Below are positions 48,055-57,933 of a stretch of 64,000 bases of DNA, piece by piece (position 1 is the stretch's first letter; every line of letters begins with the position of its first letter). Source of the DNA: Gammaproteobacteria bacterium (lineage in GTDB: Bacteria > Pseudomonadota > Gammaproteobacteria > Pseudomonadales > CAMLJR01). The notes under the pieces were generated by a model. The model worked only from the letters and a program-made list of their open reading frames with translations, had not been told where the DNA came from and searched no databases. The translations under genes and the position numbers were made by a program. The stretch is from the NCBI GenBank assembly GCA_029265075.1, contig JAJUJZ010000002.1, positions 207 through 64,206 on the forward strand. Reading direction: 5' to 3'.

Positions 48055-49266
48055 TCAGATCAGTTGGTTGAGACTGAAGATGGGCTGCAGGATCGCGATC
48101 ACGATCAGCAGAACGATGCCACCCATGATCAGCAGCATCACCGGCTCGAAAATTCCCAGCAGGCTGCTGACGATATTGTCGAATTCGTTCTGCTGACTCT
48201 GGGCGACGCGCTCCAGCATGGTGCCCAGCTCGCCGCTGGCCTCGCCACTGGCAATCATCGAAATCATCATTGGCGGAAAATAGCCACTCTGCTCAAGCGC
48301 GCGGTTCAGGCTGCCGCCTTCACGCACTTGCTGCGTCGCCTCGGCGACCACATGGCGCAGCCAGCGATTGGGCAGGACCTCGCCGGCGATCGCCAGCGCT
48401 TCCACCAGGGGTAAACCGCTGCCGGTCAGCGTGCTCAGCGTACTGGCGAAGCGCGCGCTGTTATTGCCGCGACTGAGCCGGCCCAGCAGCGGCAGAGTCA
48501 GCAGCCGCCGATCCCACTGCAGGCGAAAGGCCGGCTGCGCCAGCGCCCGGCGCAACATGAGCCCACCGCCCAGCAACAGCAGCATCACCAGCCAGCCCCA
48601 GTTACTGACGAAGTTGCTGGTCGCAATCAGGGCGCGGGTCAGCAGCGGCAACGCCTGACCCTGACCACTGATGACATCCACCACGCCAGGCACCACGAAT
48701 GCCATCAGCCCGGCAACAATGGCAGTGGCGACGATCACGAGCAGTGCAGGATAAAGCAGCGCCAGCCGTACTTTCTGGCGGGCGGCGTGGCTCGCCTCGG
48801 TGTAATCGGCCAGCCGCGTCAGTACCACATCCAGACGCCCGGCGTGTTCGCCGGCAGCCACCGTGGCGCGATACTGGCTGGGGAACGCAGCGGGAAACTC
48901 AGCCAGACTGGCAGCCAGTGTATGACCTTCCAGCACGCGAGAACGAACGGCGGAAACGGTGGTTCTGATGCGCGGTTTATCGCTCTGACGGCCGACCGCC
49001 GCCAGCGCCTCTTCCAGCGGCATGGCGGCGGCCAGCAGCGTTGCCAGCTGACGCGTGATCAGTGCCAGCTCGGCCACCCGTAGCGCAGGGCCTCTGCCGA
49101 ACACGCGTCCGCGCCCACTGCTGCTGGGCGCTGCGGCTTCGATGCGCAGCGGAGCCAGCCCTCGATCGCGCAGCAGTTGCCGCACCTGGCGCGAGCTGTC
49201 CGCCTCCAGCACACCGCGCTGCTCCCGCCCCCGGTCGTCGAGCGCAGCATAACTGAACGCCGCCAT
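48055..49266 (-). CDS. gspF: Type II secretion inner-membrane platform protein GspF
   Basis: 403 aa with a duplicated GspF domain and three TM segments. Ends ...IVIAILQPIFSLNQLI. Confidence 0.93.
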   Translation of the reverse strand: MAAFSYAALDDRGREQRGVLEADSSRQVRQLLRDRGLAPLRIEAAAPSSSGRGRVFGRGPALRVAELALITRQLATLLAAAMPLEEALAAVGRQSDKPRIRTTVSAVRSRVLEGHTLAASLAEFPAAFPSQYRATVAAGEHAGRLDVVLTRLADYTEASHAARQKVRLALLYPALLVIVATAIVAGLMAFVVPGVVDVISGQGQALPLLTRALIATSNFVSNWGWLVMLLLLGGGLMLRRALAQPAFRLQWDRRLLTLPLLGRLSRGNNSARFASTLSTLTGSGLPLVEALAIAGEVLPNRWLRHVVAEATQQVREGGSLNRALEQSGYFPPMMISMIASGEASGELGTMLERVAQSQQNEFDNIVSSLLGIFEPVMLLIMGGIVLLIVIAILQPIFSLNQLI

Positions 49267-49267
49267 C

Positions 49268-50761
49268 TCACTCCTCCTGGGTCACACGCAGCACCTCTTC
49301 CAGCGTGGTGATGCCCTCGTGCACGCGCTCCAGCCCGCTGTCGCGGATGCTGCGATGCCGCTCGCGTGCAATCCGCAGCATCTGCTCCTCACTCGCCCCG
49401 CTGTGGATCAGCTGGCGCAGCTCATCGTTGACAACGATGAGCTCATAAATCCCGGTGCGACCGCGAAAGCCACTCTGATTACACTCGGCACACCCTGCGG
49501 GCCGCCATACTTGACTGGCGAGCCCGACGATCCGCTCCATCTCGCGGGGCACATCAGGGCGCTTGCAGTGCGGGCAAAGCACCCGCACCAGCCGCTGCGC
49601 CAGCACTCCGATCAGGCTCGATGCCAGCAGGAACGGTTCCACGCCCATATCGCGCAGCCGGGTCACGGCCCCGATCGCGGTATTGGTGTGCAGGGTGGAG
49701 AGCACCAGGTGGCCGGTGAGACTCGCCTGTACAGCGATGTCGGCCGTCTCGCGATCGCGGATTTCACCGACCATGATCACATCCGGGTCCTGGCGCAGAA
49801 TGGCCCGCAGACCCCGGGCGAAAGTCATGTCGGCCTTGGCGTTGACCTGGGTCTGACCGATGCCCTCGATGTTGTATTCGATCGGGTCCTCGACCGTGAG
49901 GATGTTGCGCGTCTGATCGTTGATCTCGGTGAGACCGGCATAGAGCGTGGTGGTTTTACCCGAGCCGGTGGGGCCTGTTACCAGCAGAATCCCGTGCGGT
50001 CGCAGCAGCAGTTCGCGGAACTGTTCATGCAGTCGGCCGGGCATGCCGAGGCTGGAGAGCCGCAGGCGGCCAGCCTCCTTGTCCAGCAATCGCAGCACCA
50101 CCCGCTCGCCCGCACTGGAAGGCAGCGTCGACACCCGGATATCGACATCGCGGCCGCCGACGCGGAGCGAGATACGCCCATCCTGCGGAATACGCTTCTC
50201 GGCGATATCGAGCCGCGCCATTACCTTGATCCGGGAGACCAGCAGCGGTGCCAGCTCACGCTTGGGCTGCACCACTTCGCGCAGCACGCCGTCAACCCGG
50301 TAGCGTACAACCAGCCGGCGTTCGAAGGTCTCCAGATGAATGTCCGAGGCGTTCTGCTTGATCGCCTCTGTCAGCAGTGCATTGATGAGGCGGATGATCG
50401 GCGCGTCGTTCTCTTTCTCCAGCAGATCCTCGGTCTCCGGCACTGCATTGGCGATGGATGCGAGATCCATCTCGCCGCCGAGATCCTCTACCATCTGCAT
50501 GGTTTCGTTGGAGTCGCGCTCGTAAGCCTGCGCCAGCCGGCGGTCGAACTCCGCTTCGGGCACTGCCTCACAGCGGAAGCGCTGACGCAGAATACGCCCA
50601 ACTTCCGCGAGCACCTGCGGCGTGACACTGGGGCGGTGACAGACAACCGCTTCGCCGTCCGCGCCGGAACTGACGAACACGCCGTAGCGGCGCGCGAAGC
50701 TGAACGGCAGAGGTTTCACGCGCGAGGCCGTCATCGTCGCCATGATGTTCGGAGAATCCAT
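49268..50761 (-). CDS. gspE: Type II secretion ATPase GspE
   Basis: 497 aa with Walker [10 protein letters not shown], Asp/His boxes, Walker B, and the tetracysteine CPHC...CAEC. Confidence 0.96.
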   Translation of the reverse strand: MDSPNIMATMTASRVKPLPFSFARRYGVFVSSGADGEAVVCHRPSVTPQVLAEVGRILRQRFRCEAVPEAEFDRRLAQAYERDSNETMQMVEDLGGEMDLASIANAVPETEDLLEKENDAPIIRLINALLTEAIKQNASDIHLETFERRLVVRYRVDGVLREVVQPKRELAPLLVSRIKVMARLDIAEKRIPQDGRISLRVGGRDVDIRVSTLPSSAGERVVLRLLDKEAGRLRLSSLGMPGRLHEQFRELLLRPHGILLVTGPTGSGKTTTLYAGLTEINDQTRNILTVEDPIEYNIEGIGQTQVNAKADMTFARGLRAILRQDPDVIMVGEIRDRETADIAVQASLTGHLVLSTLHTNTAIGAVTRLRDMGVEPFLLASSLIGVLAQRLVRVLCPHCKRPDVPREMERIVGLASQVWRPAGCAECNQSGFRGRTGIYELIVVNDELRQLIHSGASEEQMLRIARERHRSIRDSGLERVHEGITTLEEVLRVTQEE

Positions 50762-50848
50762 CCTTTACTCCGGCCACGCCGCCCGGGCGGCGCAACGCTT
50801 CTTTTGCTGAGTGGGACGCACTATTCTGACCACTGTTCCTGGCAACCA

Positions 50849-50938
50849 CTGTCACACAGACGACTCTGTATATAGGTGAACCAGGCGTCCGCGGGTGATG
50901 GGAGCGACCATCTGTGCGCGGGTTCACGCTGTGTGACA
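50849..50938. promoter_or_regulatory. Inverted-repeat pair in the divergent gspE/gspC control region
   Basis: CTGTCACACAG (50849-50859) and CTGTGTGACA (50929-50938) are reverse complements over 10 nt and are separated by 69 nt. A TATAAT hexamer lies at 50999-51004, 40 nt upstream of the proposed gspC start. Confidence 0.3.
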
Positions 50939-51043
50939 ACAGCCAGAGCCGTTTGGACCCGTTTCGCGGATAGCGCCGTAACTATCTGGAAGCGCGGCTA
51001 TAATGGCCGACATAATGACACCTCATCAAGCGGAGCTCCGCAC

Positions 51044-51649
51044 TTGGGACGGATTCAGACATGGCAATGGCGGTTACCGCTCGGCCTGTCGCAGCGCTGG
51101 CTGCCACTGGCAGCAGCGCTTCCGCTGTTCTGCCTGCTCGTTCTCGACAGCTTTTCGATCATCGAGACGCTGAGCTATCAGCCCGCCACACCCCGCCCCA
51201 CCACTCAGTCGATGGCTCAGCCAGGCGAAGTCGCGGGACGTATCGCGGCCGCGGAGTGGTTTGGCGTCGCCCCGGAACAACCGGAATCTTTCTCGACGCT
51301 GCCCGAAACTGACCTGGCGCTGACGCTGCGCGCCGTTTTCGTCGGCGAGCAACAGAGCAGTGCCATCATCGAAAACCGGGACGGGATAGCCCAGGTGATA
51401 CGCGCCGGCAGTGCGATTGCGCCCGGCATTACGCTGACGGAAGTACGGTCAGACCGGGTGGTGGTCACGCGCAATGGCCGCGCCGAACAACTCTTCTTCC
51501 CGAGCGAACCTGCGGCCACGCTGTCCGCTCCCCCTGCCACTGCTGCAGCCACCCCGCCCGCTGCAGCCAGCGCTCCGTTAACCGAAGAACAGAAGCGGGC
51601 CAGCATTCTGCGGCGACTCGAAGCGCTGCGCGCCCGCGGCGCCGGCTAG
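51044..51649 (+). CDS. gspC: Type II secretion protein GspC (XcpP-like, no PDZ domain)
   Basis: The track ORF starts at 50876, but its first approximately 55 codons look non-coding. TTG at 51044 follows GGAG by 8 nt. TM LPLAAALPLFCLLVLDSF, then the HR/T2SS-C domain LALTLRAVFVGEQQSSAIIENRDGIAQVIRAGSAIAPGITLTEVRSDRVVVTRNGRAEQLFF. The short C-terminus (EEQKRASILRRLEALRARG) is helical rather than PDZ. Confidence 0.75.
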   Translation: MGRIQTWQWRLPLGLSQRWLPLAAALPLFCLLVLDSFSIIETLSYQPATPRPTTQSMAQPGEVAGRIAAAEWFGVAPEQPESFSTLPETDLALTLRAVFVGEQQSSAIIENRDGIAQVIRAGSAIAPGITLTEVRSDRVVVTRNGRAEQLFFPSEPAATLSAPPATAAATPPAAASAPLTEEQKRASILRRLEALRARGAG

Positions 51650-51666
51650 ATGGAAGGATCGAAACC

Positions 51667-53610
51667 ATGACCCGATGGAGCCTCATGAACCGCGTCGCGC
51701 CGCCGTCGCGTCACCTGGCGCTTGCCACCTGGCTGGCAGTCGCTGGCGTCTGCACCGCCCTGCCACTGGCGGCACAGCCGGCCAGCGAGGAAACCATCAC
51801 CATGAACCTGCGCGACGCCGATATTCGCAGCGTCATTCAGTGGGTGGCTGATCTCACTGGCCGCAACATGGTGGTACACCGTGACGTGACTGGTCGCGTC
51901 ACCGTGCTTTCAGCCCGCCCCGTCACGGCCGCGGAAGCCTATCGCCTGTTCCTGTCGATGCTGCAGGTGAACGGCTATGCCGCCATCGATACCGGCGATG
52001 CGGTGAAAATCGTGCCCGCCGAGCAAGCCAGTCGCAGCGGCGCGCCGTTTAGCGACAGCGGTGCTGGCGATACCGTGGTTCAGCTCTTTGAAACACGCAA
52101 TGTACCGGCGCGGGAACTGGCGCAGATGCTGCGGCCGCTGGTGAGCGAAAACGGCGTTGTGTCGGCCGATGCCGGCAGCAACCGTCTGGTGGTGGCCGAT
52201 CGTGCCCGCACTGTCGCGGAGCTCGGGCGCCTCATCGAGCAGCTCGACCGTGCCGGTACTGCCGAGGTGGAGATGATCCGTCTGCGGCACGCCAATGCCG
52301 TCAATCTGGTCAAGAGTCTGCAGGGCTTGTTTCCGGAGCAGTCACGTGGCGGCGAAGGTGACCAGGGCCGCCCGCTGACGCTTTCTGCCGATGAGCGATC
52401 GAACAGCCTGCTGGTGGGCGGTGATCCGGTCCGCCGCGCCCAGATTCGCCGCCTTGTGACAGAGATGGATACCGAGATCGTCGGCGGCGGCGCCGCACAA
52501 GTGATCTATCTCCGGTATGCCAAAGCGACCGAGCTGGCCCCTATTCTGAAGGGGCTGGCAACAACCATGCTGGAGGATCAGCGCGAGACGCAGACACCGG
52601 TCAGTATCGAAGCCAGCGAGAGCGCCAACGCGCTGGTGGTCAACGCGCCGCCTGCCCTGATGAGCACCGTACGCGAAGTTGCCGGACAGCTCGACGTCCG
52701 GCGCGCGCAGGTGCTGGTCGAAGCACTGATTGTGGAAGTACGCGGTGTGGTAGACAAAGATCTCGGCGTGCAGTGGATGACGGCCAGTGCGGACGATCTC
52801 AACGACAGCAGCGGCTTCGTCGGCGTCAACACGCGCGGCCGGCTCGGCATGGGCTCGGCACAGGTCGATGATGCCGGCAACATCATCAGCATCACGCCCG
52901 GTGCAGGCATCACGCTGGGCTACTTCGAGAACGGCAACCTGCAGGCAGCGATCCGGGCACTGAGTGAAACGACACAGGCTAACATCCTCTCGACGCCAAC
53001 CATCGTCGCGATTGACAACCAGCCGGCATCGCTGCTGGTCGGTCAGAACGTGCCGCTGGTGACCGGTGAAGTGACCGGCGCGGCTGCCGATGTCGAAAAC
53101 CCCTTCACCACCTACGAACGCAAGGATATCGGAACGTCGCTGGAGATCCTGCCGCGCATCAATCAGGGTGACTCGATCACGCTTGAGATCCGCCAGACCG
53201 TTGAGGATATCGACCCGTCCACCAGCGCCCGCGACATCGTTACCAACAAGCGCGAGATCGTAACGACTGCACTGGTGCGCGATGGCAGCGTGCTCGTGCT
53301 GGGCGGGCTGATCAGTGATGCCGATACGACTATCGAAGAGAAAGTGCCAGTGCTGGGCGACCTGCCGCTGATCGGCCGCCTGTTCAGCAGCCGCGGGACC
53401 ACACGTTCCAAAACCAACCTGATGGTGTTCATCCGGCCGGTGATTCTGAACGACGAAGAGCGCATCAGCGAAGCCAGTCAGCGCCGCTACGAATACATGC
53501 GCAATGAACAGCGCCGCGCCGCCGAGCAGCCGCCCACCACGACCGAAAAGCGGCAGCCGCAGCCGGAACTGGAGCCTTTCGAGCGTTTCGCAGCACCCGA
53601 TCGGCCGTAG
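51667..53610 (+). CDS. gspD: Type II secretion system secretin GspD, copy 2 (canonical, downstream of gspC)
   Basis: 647 aa. Good signal peptide (...LATWLAVAGVCTALPLAAQP), N0 signature ITMNLRDADIRSVIQWVADLTGRNMVVHRDVTGRVTVLS, and secretin domain VPVLGDLPLIGRLFSSRGTTRSKTNLMVFIRPVIL. Confidence 0.93.
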   Translation: MTRWSLMNRVAPPSRHLALATWLAVAGVCTALPLAAQPASEETITMNLRDADIRSVIQWVADLTGRNMVVHRDVTGRVTVLSARPVTAAEAYRLFLSMLQVNGYAAIDTGDAVKIVPAEQASRSGAPFSDSGAGDTVVQLFETRNVPARELAQMLRPLVSENGVVSADAGSNRLVVADRARTVAELGRLIEQLDRAGTAEVEMIRLRHANAVNLVKSLQGLFPEQSRGGEGDQGRPLTLSADERSNSLLVGGDPVRRAQIRRLVTEMDTEIVGGGAAQVIYLRYAKATELAPILKGLATTMLEDQRETQTPVSIEASESANALVVNAPPALMSTVREVAGQLDVRRAQVLVEALIVEVRGVVDKDLGVQWMTASADDLNDSSGFVGVNTRGRLGMGSAQVDDAGNIISITPGAGITLGYFENGNLQAAIRALSETTQANILSTPTIVAIDNQPASLLVGQNVPLVTGEVTGAAADVENPFTTYERKDIGTSLEILPRINQGDSITLEIRQTVEDIDPSTSARDIVTNKREIVTTALVRDGSVLVLGGLISDADTTIEEKVPVLGDLPLIGRLFSSRGTTRSKTNLMVFIRPVILNDEERISEASQRRYEYMRNEQRRAAEQPPTTTEKRQPQPELEPFERFAAPDRP

Positions 53611-53619
53611 CGCGTCCCG

Positions 53620-54663
53620 TTACAGTGGCTGCCGCTGACTGAAGCGCTGCCACCAGCGCAGCAGCAGGCGATCCGCGCTGCCTTCAGCGGCGAGCCCCAT
53701 CCGCTCCTGCCAGGAGCGCTTCTGCTGATACTGCACCAGATACAGCTCGTGGTCCTTGCGCTGCGCCATCAGCCACTCGTCACTGGTCTGAACCTGATCC
53801 ACCAGTTTCAGCGCGAGTGCCTGAGAGCCGTACCAGACCTCGCCGGTAGCGATGCGATCAACATCCACTTGATGACGATGCTCGGCGACATGCACCTTGA
53901 ACAGCTGATGGGTCTCTTCCAGCTCCTCCAGAAATTTGCGGCGTCCCTTCTCGGTGTTTTCCCCGAGTACGGTAAGCGTCCGTTTGAACTCACCGGCGGT
54001 GTGCAGCTCGACATCGACATCGTGCTTTTTGAGCAGCCGATGGAAATTCGGCACCTGCGCCATCACTCCGATGGAGCCAATCAGCGCGAATGGCGCGGCG
54101 ATGATGGTGTTGGCAATACACGCCATCATGTAGCCTCCACTGGCGGCGACCCGATCGACTGCTGCAATCAGCGGCAGCCCGGCATCAACTACACGTTGCA
54201 GCTGTGAGGCCGCCAGCCCGTAACTGTGGACCATGCCGCCACCACTCTCGATGCGCACCAGCACCTGATCGCCGGCCCGGGCCACCGTCAGTACAGCGCT
54301 GATCTCCTCACGCAGGTTGTCGACGGCCGAGGCGCGGATATCACCATCGAATTCAAGGACGAAAACCCGGTTGCGCTGCGGGTGGCCTCCGCCTTTGCGG
54401 CGTGCCTTGTCATCCGCCTTGCGCCGCTTGCGCTCAGCCTTTTCCAGCGCCTTGTACTCATGCTCGTCGAGGATGGCGGCGTTCAGCGTCTCCTGGTAAT
54501 CCTCGAGACGTTCACTCAGGCTGGTGACTTCGATGTGCCCCAGCCGCGGCCGCTGGCGCTGCCGCATCCCCACCGCCACGAGGCCAGCAACGGTGATTAG
54601 AATGGCCAGCACGAGGGTAATGGCCTTGGCCAGAAACAGGCCGTAGTCGTACAGAAATTCCAA
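53620..54663 (-). CDS. sohB: Inner-membrane peptidase SohB (S49 family)
   Basis: 347 aa. N-terminal TM (MEFLYDYGLFLAKAITLVLAILITVAGLVAVG) and an S49/ClpP-fold core (VAASGGYMMACIANTIIAAPFALIGSIGV). Confidence 0.88.
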   Translation of the reverse strand: MEFLYDYGLFLAKAITLVLAILITVAGLVAVGMRQRQRPRLGHIEVTSLSERLEDYQETLNAAILDEHEYKALEKAERKRRKADDKARRKGGGHPQRNRVFVLEFDGDIRASAVDNLREEISAVLTVARAGDQVLVRIESGGGMVHSYGLAASQLQRVVDAGLPLIAAVDRVAASGGYMMACIANTIIAAPFALIGSIGVMAQVPNFHRLLKKHDVDVELHTAGEFKRTLTVLGENTEKGRRKFLEELEETHQLFKVHVAEHRHQVDVDRIATGEVWYGSQALALKLVDQVQTSDEWLMAQRKDHELYLVQYQQKRSWQERMGLAAEGSADRLLLRWWQRFSQRQPL

Positions 54664-54790
54664 GAAATGCTCTCCACCTAGATCGACGAGACGGCTCCGA
54701 CACTGGCAGTGCGCTGGATCCGGGCGGCCATACTTACCGCCACCCGGTCACACGTCAAGGGTGAAAGGCTGGGACAGGTGCTGCGGTTCT

Positions 54791-56491
54791 TCAGGTGCGA
54801 ACGCCAAGCGCGCCGAGACTCTCTTCAGCGACGTTGAGAATGCGCTCGTCGGGGGTACGCTGAGCAGCCAGTTCGCTGAGGTAGTATTCGAGGCTGATCA
54901 GGGCGTCGGCAAGCGTCTCGACCAGCTGCTGACGCTGCTGGTCGGTGTAATCGCGGCTGCGACTGCAGCTTTCGACAAAGCCGACGCAGCCCCGCAGCAA
55001 CCCGGCCGGGCGCTCCTGCCCGAGCATCTGCATGGCACCGCGCACCGTATCGAGAGTGGTACCGACATTGCCAATATGGATCGGGTCGAAGCCCGATTCG
55101 AGGTAGGTGGTGACGGCCCGTTTGGCGAGCGTCAGCCCCGCCTGTGACTCTTCGATGACAATACGCATCGCTTCTGCCAGCTGGCTCTCTGCAATCACCA
55201 GCCGGCGCATGTTTTCCGAGACCTGGCCGAGGTTTTCCGCATCGGGTGACTGGCGGTAGAGACCCAGCAGCGAACTTTCTATAAACAGCAGTGCATCGGC
55301 CACTGCCAGAAACTGCTCCGTCGAAAAGTCGCTGCTCTGGGCAGTCCACTGTTCGATGCGACCGAGCTGGTTGCGCAGAATATCGCTGGCAGCGTTCAGG
55401 TTCAGCACCTGAAGGGTATCGGCGACCCGTTCCAGAATGTCGCGCAGACTGGCAAGCTCTTCGGCCGGCAGGCTCTGGTGGAGCGATCCGACCTCCAGAA
55501 TCTCCTTGGCCTGACGCAGCTCTTCCTTCACAGCCTTCACGATGGAGTCGATCGCCGCGGTGCCCGGACCCCGCATCAGCTCGCGCTGCCGCGCCAGCTC
55601 GCGATCATCAACTGGCCCTGGCGAGAGCCCGAAGGCAGCGGCCACCTGCTCAGCCAGGCCCGGTCTCGGTGTGGACAGGGCCAGCAGGAACTGCAGCTCC
55701 ATGCGCAATGTGGTGTCGTTCCCTGACAGTGCCTGTTCACCCTGGCGGACGTAACGTGCCATTAGTCGTTCGATAGCACCGAGCGTGCGCCGGCGATTCA
55801 GGTTAAGCGTCAGGCCACCATTGGCCAGCCGCTCAGTCACGGCCGCGGCCAGCCACCAGAAGCCGTTACTGGCCTGCGGCTCGGTGAGCGCCGCAAACCG
55901 CTGACAGGCGCGCGCGATGAGCCGCAGGTTGAGTGCTTCGTTCTGCTGCTTGAGGATGGCCAGCAAGCCGACCTGGAACATCTGCTGCAACCGCGCCAGC
56001 TCCTGCGGCCGGCTGGCGACAGCGGGTGCCGGTAACGTGTCGGTGAGCGGCTGCAGCGGCGGCTCGCCAGAGAAGTGGTATTCGGGAATAAGTGGCTGAC
56101 GCCGCGCCACCCGCAGCTCGTTGACGTACGGGATAACCAGCATCGGGTGGCCAGTCTGACGGGTCGCAACCAGTTCGATGTAGCGCGGCAACGCAAAGAA
56201 GGCGTGGCTCAGTGCCCCTGCCAGGGCTTCGGCCGAGGCGCCACCGGCGCTGGCAATATCGGTTGCGGCAGCGCTGATTTCATCGGCCAGCAGGGCGGCG
56301 CCCGGAAACTGGATCATCCGCAATGTGCCGCCGATCTGTGCCATGTCAGTACGGCAGTTCTCCAACGCTTCGGTATTGGCTCCGTCGAGCAGAAACACCT
56401 CGAACTCACCGGCTGCGCGCTGGATGGTCGCCTCCAGCTCCTCCCGAATCAGCGCCAGCGAATTGAGATTCACGTTGGGGTGGTGGGTCAC
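54791..56491 (-). CDS. fimL: FimL-like Hpt-domain scaffold protein (ChpA N-terminus-like)
   Basis: 566 aa. The N-terminus LNSLALIREELEATIQRAAGEFEVFL...LENCRTDMAQIGGTLRMIQFPGAALLADEI follows the pattern I recall for Pseudomonas FimL/ChpA Hpt-like repeats. A second similar module is AKRAVTTYLE...TLDTVRGAMQMLGQERPAGLL. The neighbourhood (dnaQ, rnhA, gloB, mltD) matches P. aeruginosa. No kinase domain. Confidence 0.55.
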   Translation of the reverse strand: MTHHPNVNLNSLALIREELEATIQRAAGEFEVFLLDGANTEALENCRTDMAQIGGTLRMIQFPGAALLADEISAAATDIASAGGASAEALAGALSHAFFALPRYIELVATRQTGHPMLVIPYVNELRVARRQPLIPEYHFSGEPPLQPLTDTLPAPAVASRPQELARLQQMFQVGLLAILKQQNEALNLRLIARACQRFAALTEPQASNGFWWLAAAVTERLANGGLTLNLNRRRTLGAIERLMARYVRQGEQALSGNDTTLRMELQFLLALSTPRPGLAEQVAAAFGLSPGPVDDRELARQRELMRGPGTAAIDSIVKAVKEELRQAKEILEVGSLHQSLPAEELASLRDILERVADTLQVLNLNAASDILRNQLGRIEQWTAQSSDFSTEQFLAVADALLFIESSLLGLYRQSPDAENLGQVSENMRRLVIAESQLAEAMRIVIEESQAGLTLAKRAVTTYLESGFDPIHIGNVGTTLDTVRGAMQMLGQERPAGLLRGCVGFVESCSRSRDYTDQQRQQLVETLADALISLEYYLSELAAQRTPDERILNVAEESLGALGVRT

Positions 56492-56656
56492 GACAACTCC
56501 CTTTCTATCGGTGCCGACGCAGAGCAGAAAACGCTCCCGGGGCAGCTGCCTGTCAGCCGCCAGGCGCTTCTGGAAAAGCCCATGGGTTATAGCACAAAGA
56601 TCGCAACCGTGACGGAGCGGCAGACTGCTTTGCGAGCACGGTCGAAGTAGCGCCGG

Positions 56657-57397
56657 TCAGGCGTTCGCGATCTCGTCCGTTTCGAGCTTCCGAAACAGCG
56701 TGGCGCCGCCACTGGCCTTGTCGATCTCCTGCAGCCGCTGTTCGTGCGCCGCCAGTTCCGCCGCACTGGCCCGGATCACTCGCAGCGGCAGCCGATCGGC
56801 CGGCAGCCGGCGAATCTGATAGCCGCTCTGGCCTCCGTCCTGCGCACCACCGTCCTCACCTGCCAGGGCGAGCGCAGTCTGACCGCCTGTGAGGGCAAGA
56901 TAAACATCTGCGAGAATTTCCGCGTCGAGCAGCGCGCCGTGCAGTTCGCGATGAGAGTTGTCGACGCCGTAGCGCTGACAGAGCGCATCGAGGTTATTGC
57001 GCTGTCCGGGGTGGCGCTGACGTGCCATCGCCAGCGTATCGGTGACACGGCAGATTGACTCTACCGCTGGCAGATCGCGACCCAGCATCTGCAGCTCGGC
57101 GTTGATGAAGCCGATATCGAATGCAGCGTTGTGGATGACCAGTTCGGCGCCGCGGATAAACTCCAGAAACTCGTCGACCACGTCGCCGAAGCGGGGCTTG
57201 TCGCGCAGGAATTCGTCCGTGATGCCGTGGACCTCCATCGCACCCGCCTCGACTTCACGGTCGGGGTTGAGGTAGACGTGGTAGTGGCGGCCGGTCAGCC
57301 GGCGATTGATGATCTCAACACACCCTATTTCAATCAGGCGATGTCCCTGTGTGACTTCCAGCCCAGTGGTTTCGGTATCCAGTACCACCTGACGCAT
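56657..57397 (-). CDS. dnaQ: DNA polymerase III epsilon subunit (3'-5' exonuclease)
   Basis: Exo motifs VVLDTETTGL, VIHNAAFDIGFI and HGALLDAEILADVYL. Confidence 0.96.
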   Translation of the reverse strand: MRQVVLDTETTGLEVTQGHRLIEIGCVEIINRRLTGRHYHVYLNPDREVEAGAMEVHGITDEFLRDKPRFGDVVDEFLEFIRGAELVIHNAAFDIGFINAELQMLGRDLPAVESICRVTDTLAMARQRHPGQRNNLDALCQRYGVDNSHRELHGALLDAEILADVYLALTGGQTALALAGEDGGAQDGGQSGYQIRRLPADRLPLRVIRASAAELAAHEQRLQEIDKASGGATLFRKLETDEIANA

Positions 57398-57855
57398 TAC
57401 TTCACTCCTGTCGCGAGCCCGGCCCGCATTTCATCAATGGCGCGATTGGCCAGCGCGTCCGCCATCTCGTTTTCGCGATGGCCACTGTGCCCCTTGATCC
57501 AGTGCCACTCAATCTTGTGGCGGGCCGCTTCCTGATCGAGCCGCTGCCAGAGATCAACGTTCTTAACAGGCTGTTTGCCGGCCGTCTTCCAGCCGCGCCG
57601 CTTCCAGTTGGCGAGCCACTCCGTGATGCCCTTGCGGACATACTGGGAATCCGTCGTGAGCTTTACGTGACAAGGCTCTCGCAGTGCGGCGAGTGCCTCA
57701 ATTGCAGCCATCAGCTCCATACGATTATTGGTGGTCAGCGGCTCGCTGCCGTATAGACTCTTCTCGACTGTGCCGTAGCGCAAGACCGCGCCCCAGCCGC
57801 CGGGCCCGGGATTACCCTTGCAGGCTCCGTCGGTAAAAATTTCAACCACTTTCAT
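57397..57855 (-). CDS. rnhA: Ribonuclease HI
   Basis: [68 protein letters not shown]. Confidence 0.96.
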   Translation of the reverse strand: MKVVEIFTDGACKGNPGPGGWGAVLRYGTVEKSLYGSEPLTTNNRMELMAAIEALAALREPCHVKLTTDSQYVRKGITEWLANWKRRGWKTAGKQPVKNVDLWQRLDQEAARHKIEWHWIKGHSGHRENEMADALANRAIDEMRAGLATGVK

Positions 57856-57933
57856 CGGTATCGCGTCGCGTCCGGCAGAGGCGGCGCCTCGCGGGCCGCG
57901 GTCAGTTCAGGTCAGTTACATGTCGGGCCGGTA

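Noticed and set aside
50840-50880. CTGT...ACAG-like strings (CTGTCACACAG, CTCTGTATATAGG) that might be SOS boxes controlling the T2SS.
   Set aside because: None has the CTGT-N8-ACAG spacing seen at lexA. I report it only as an inverted repeat, not as a LexA site.
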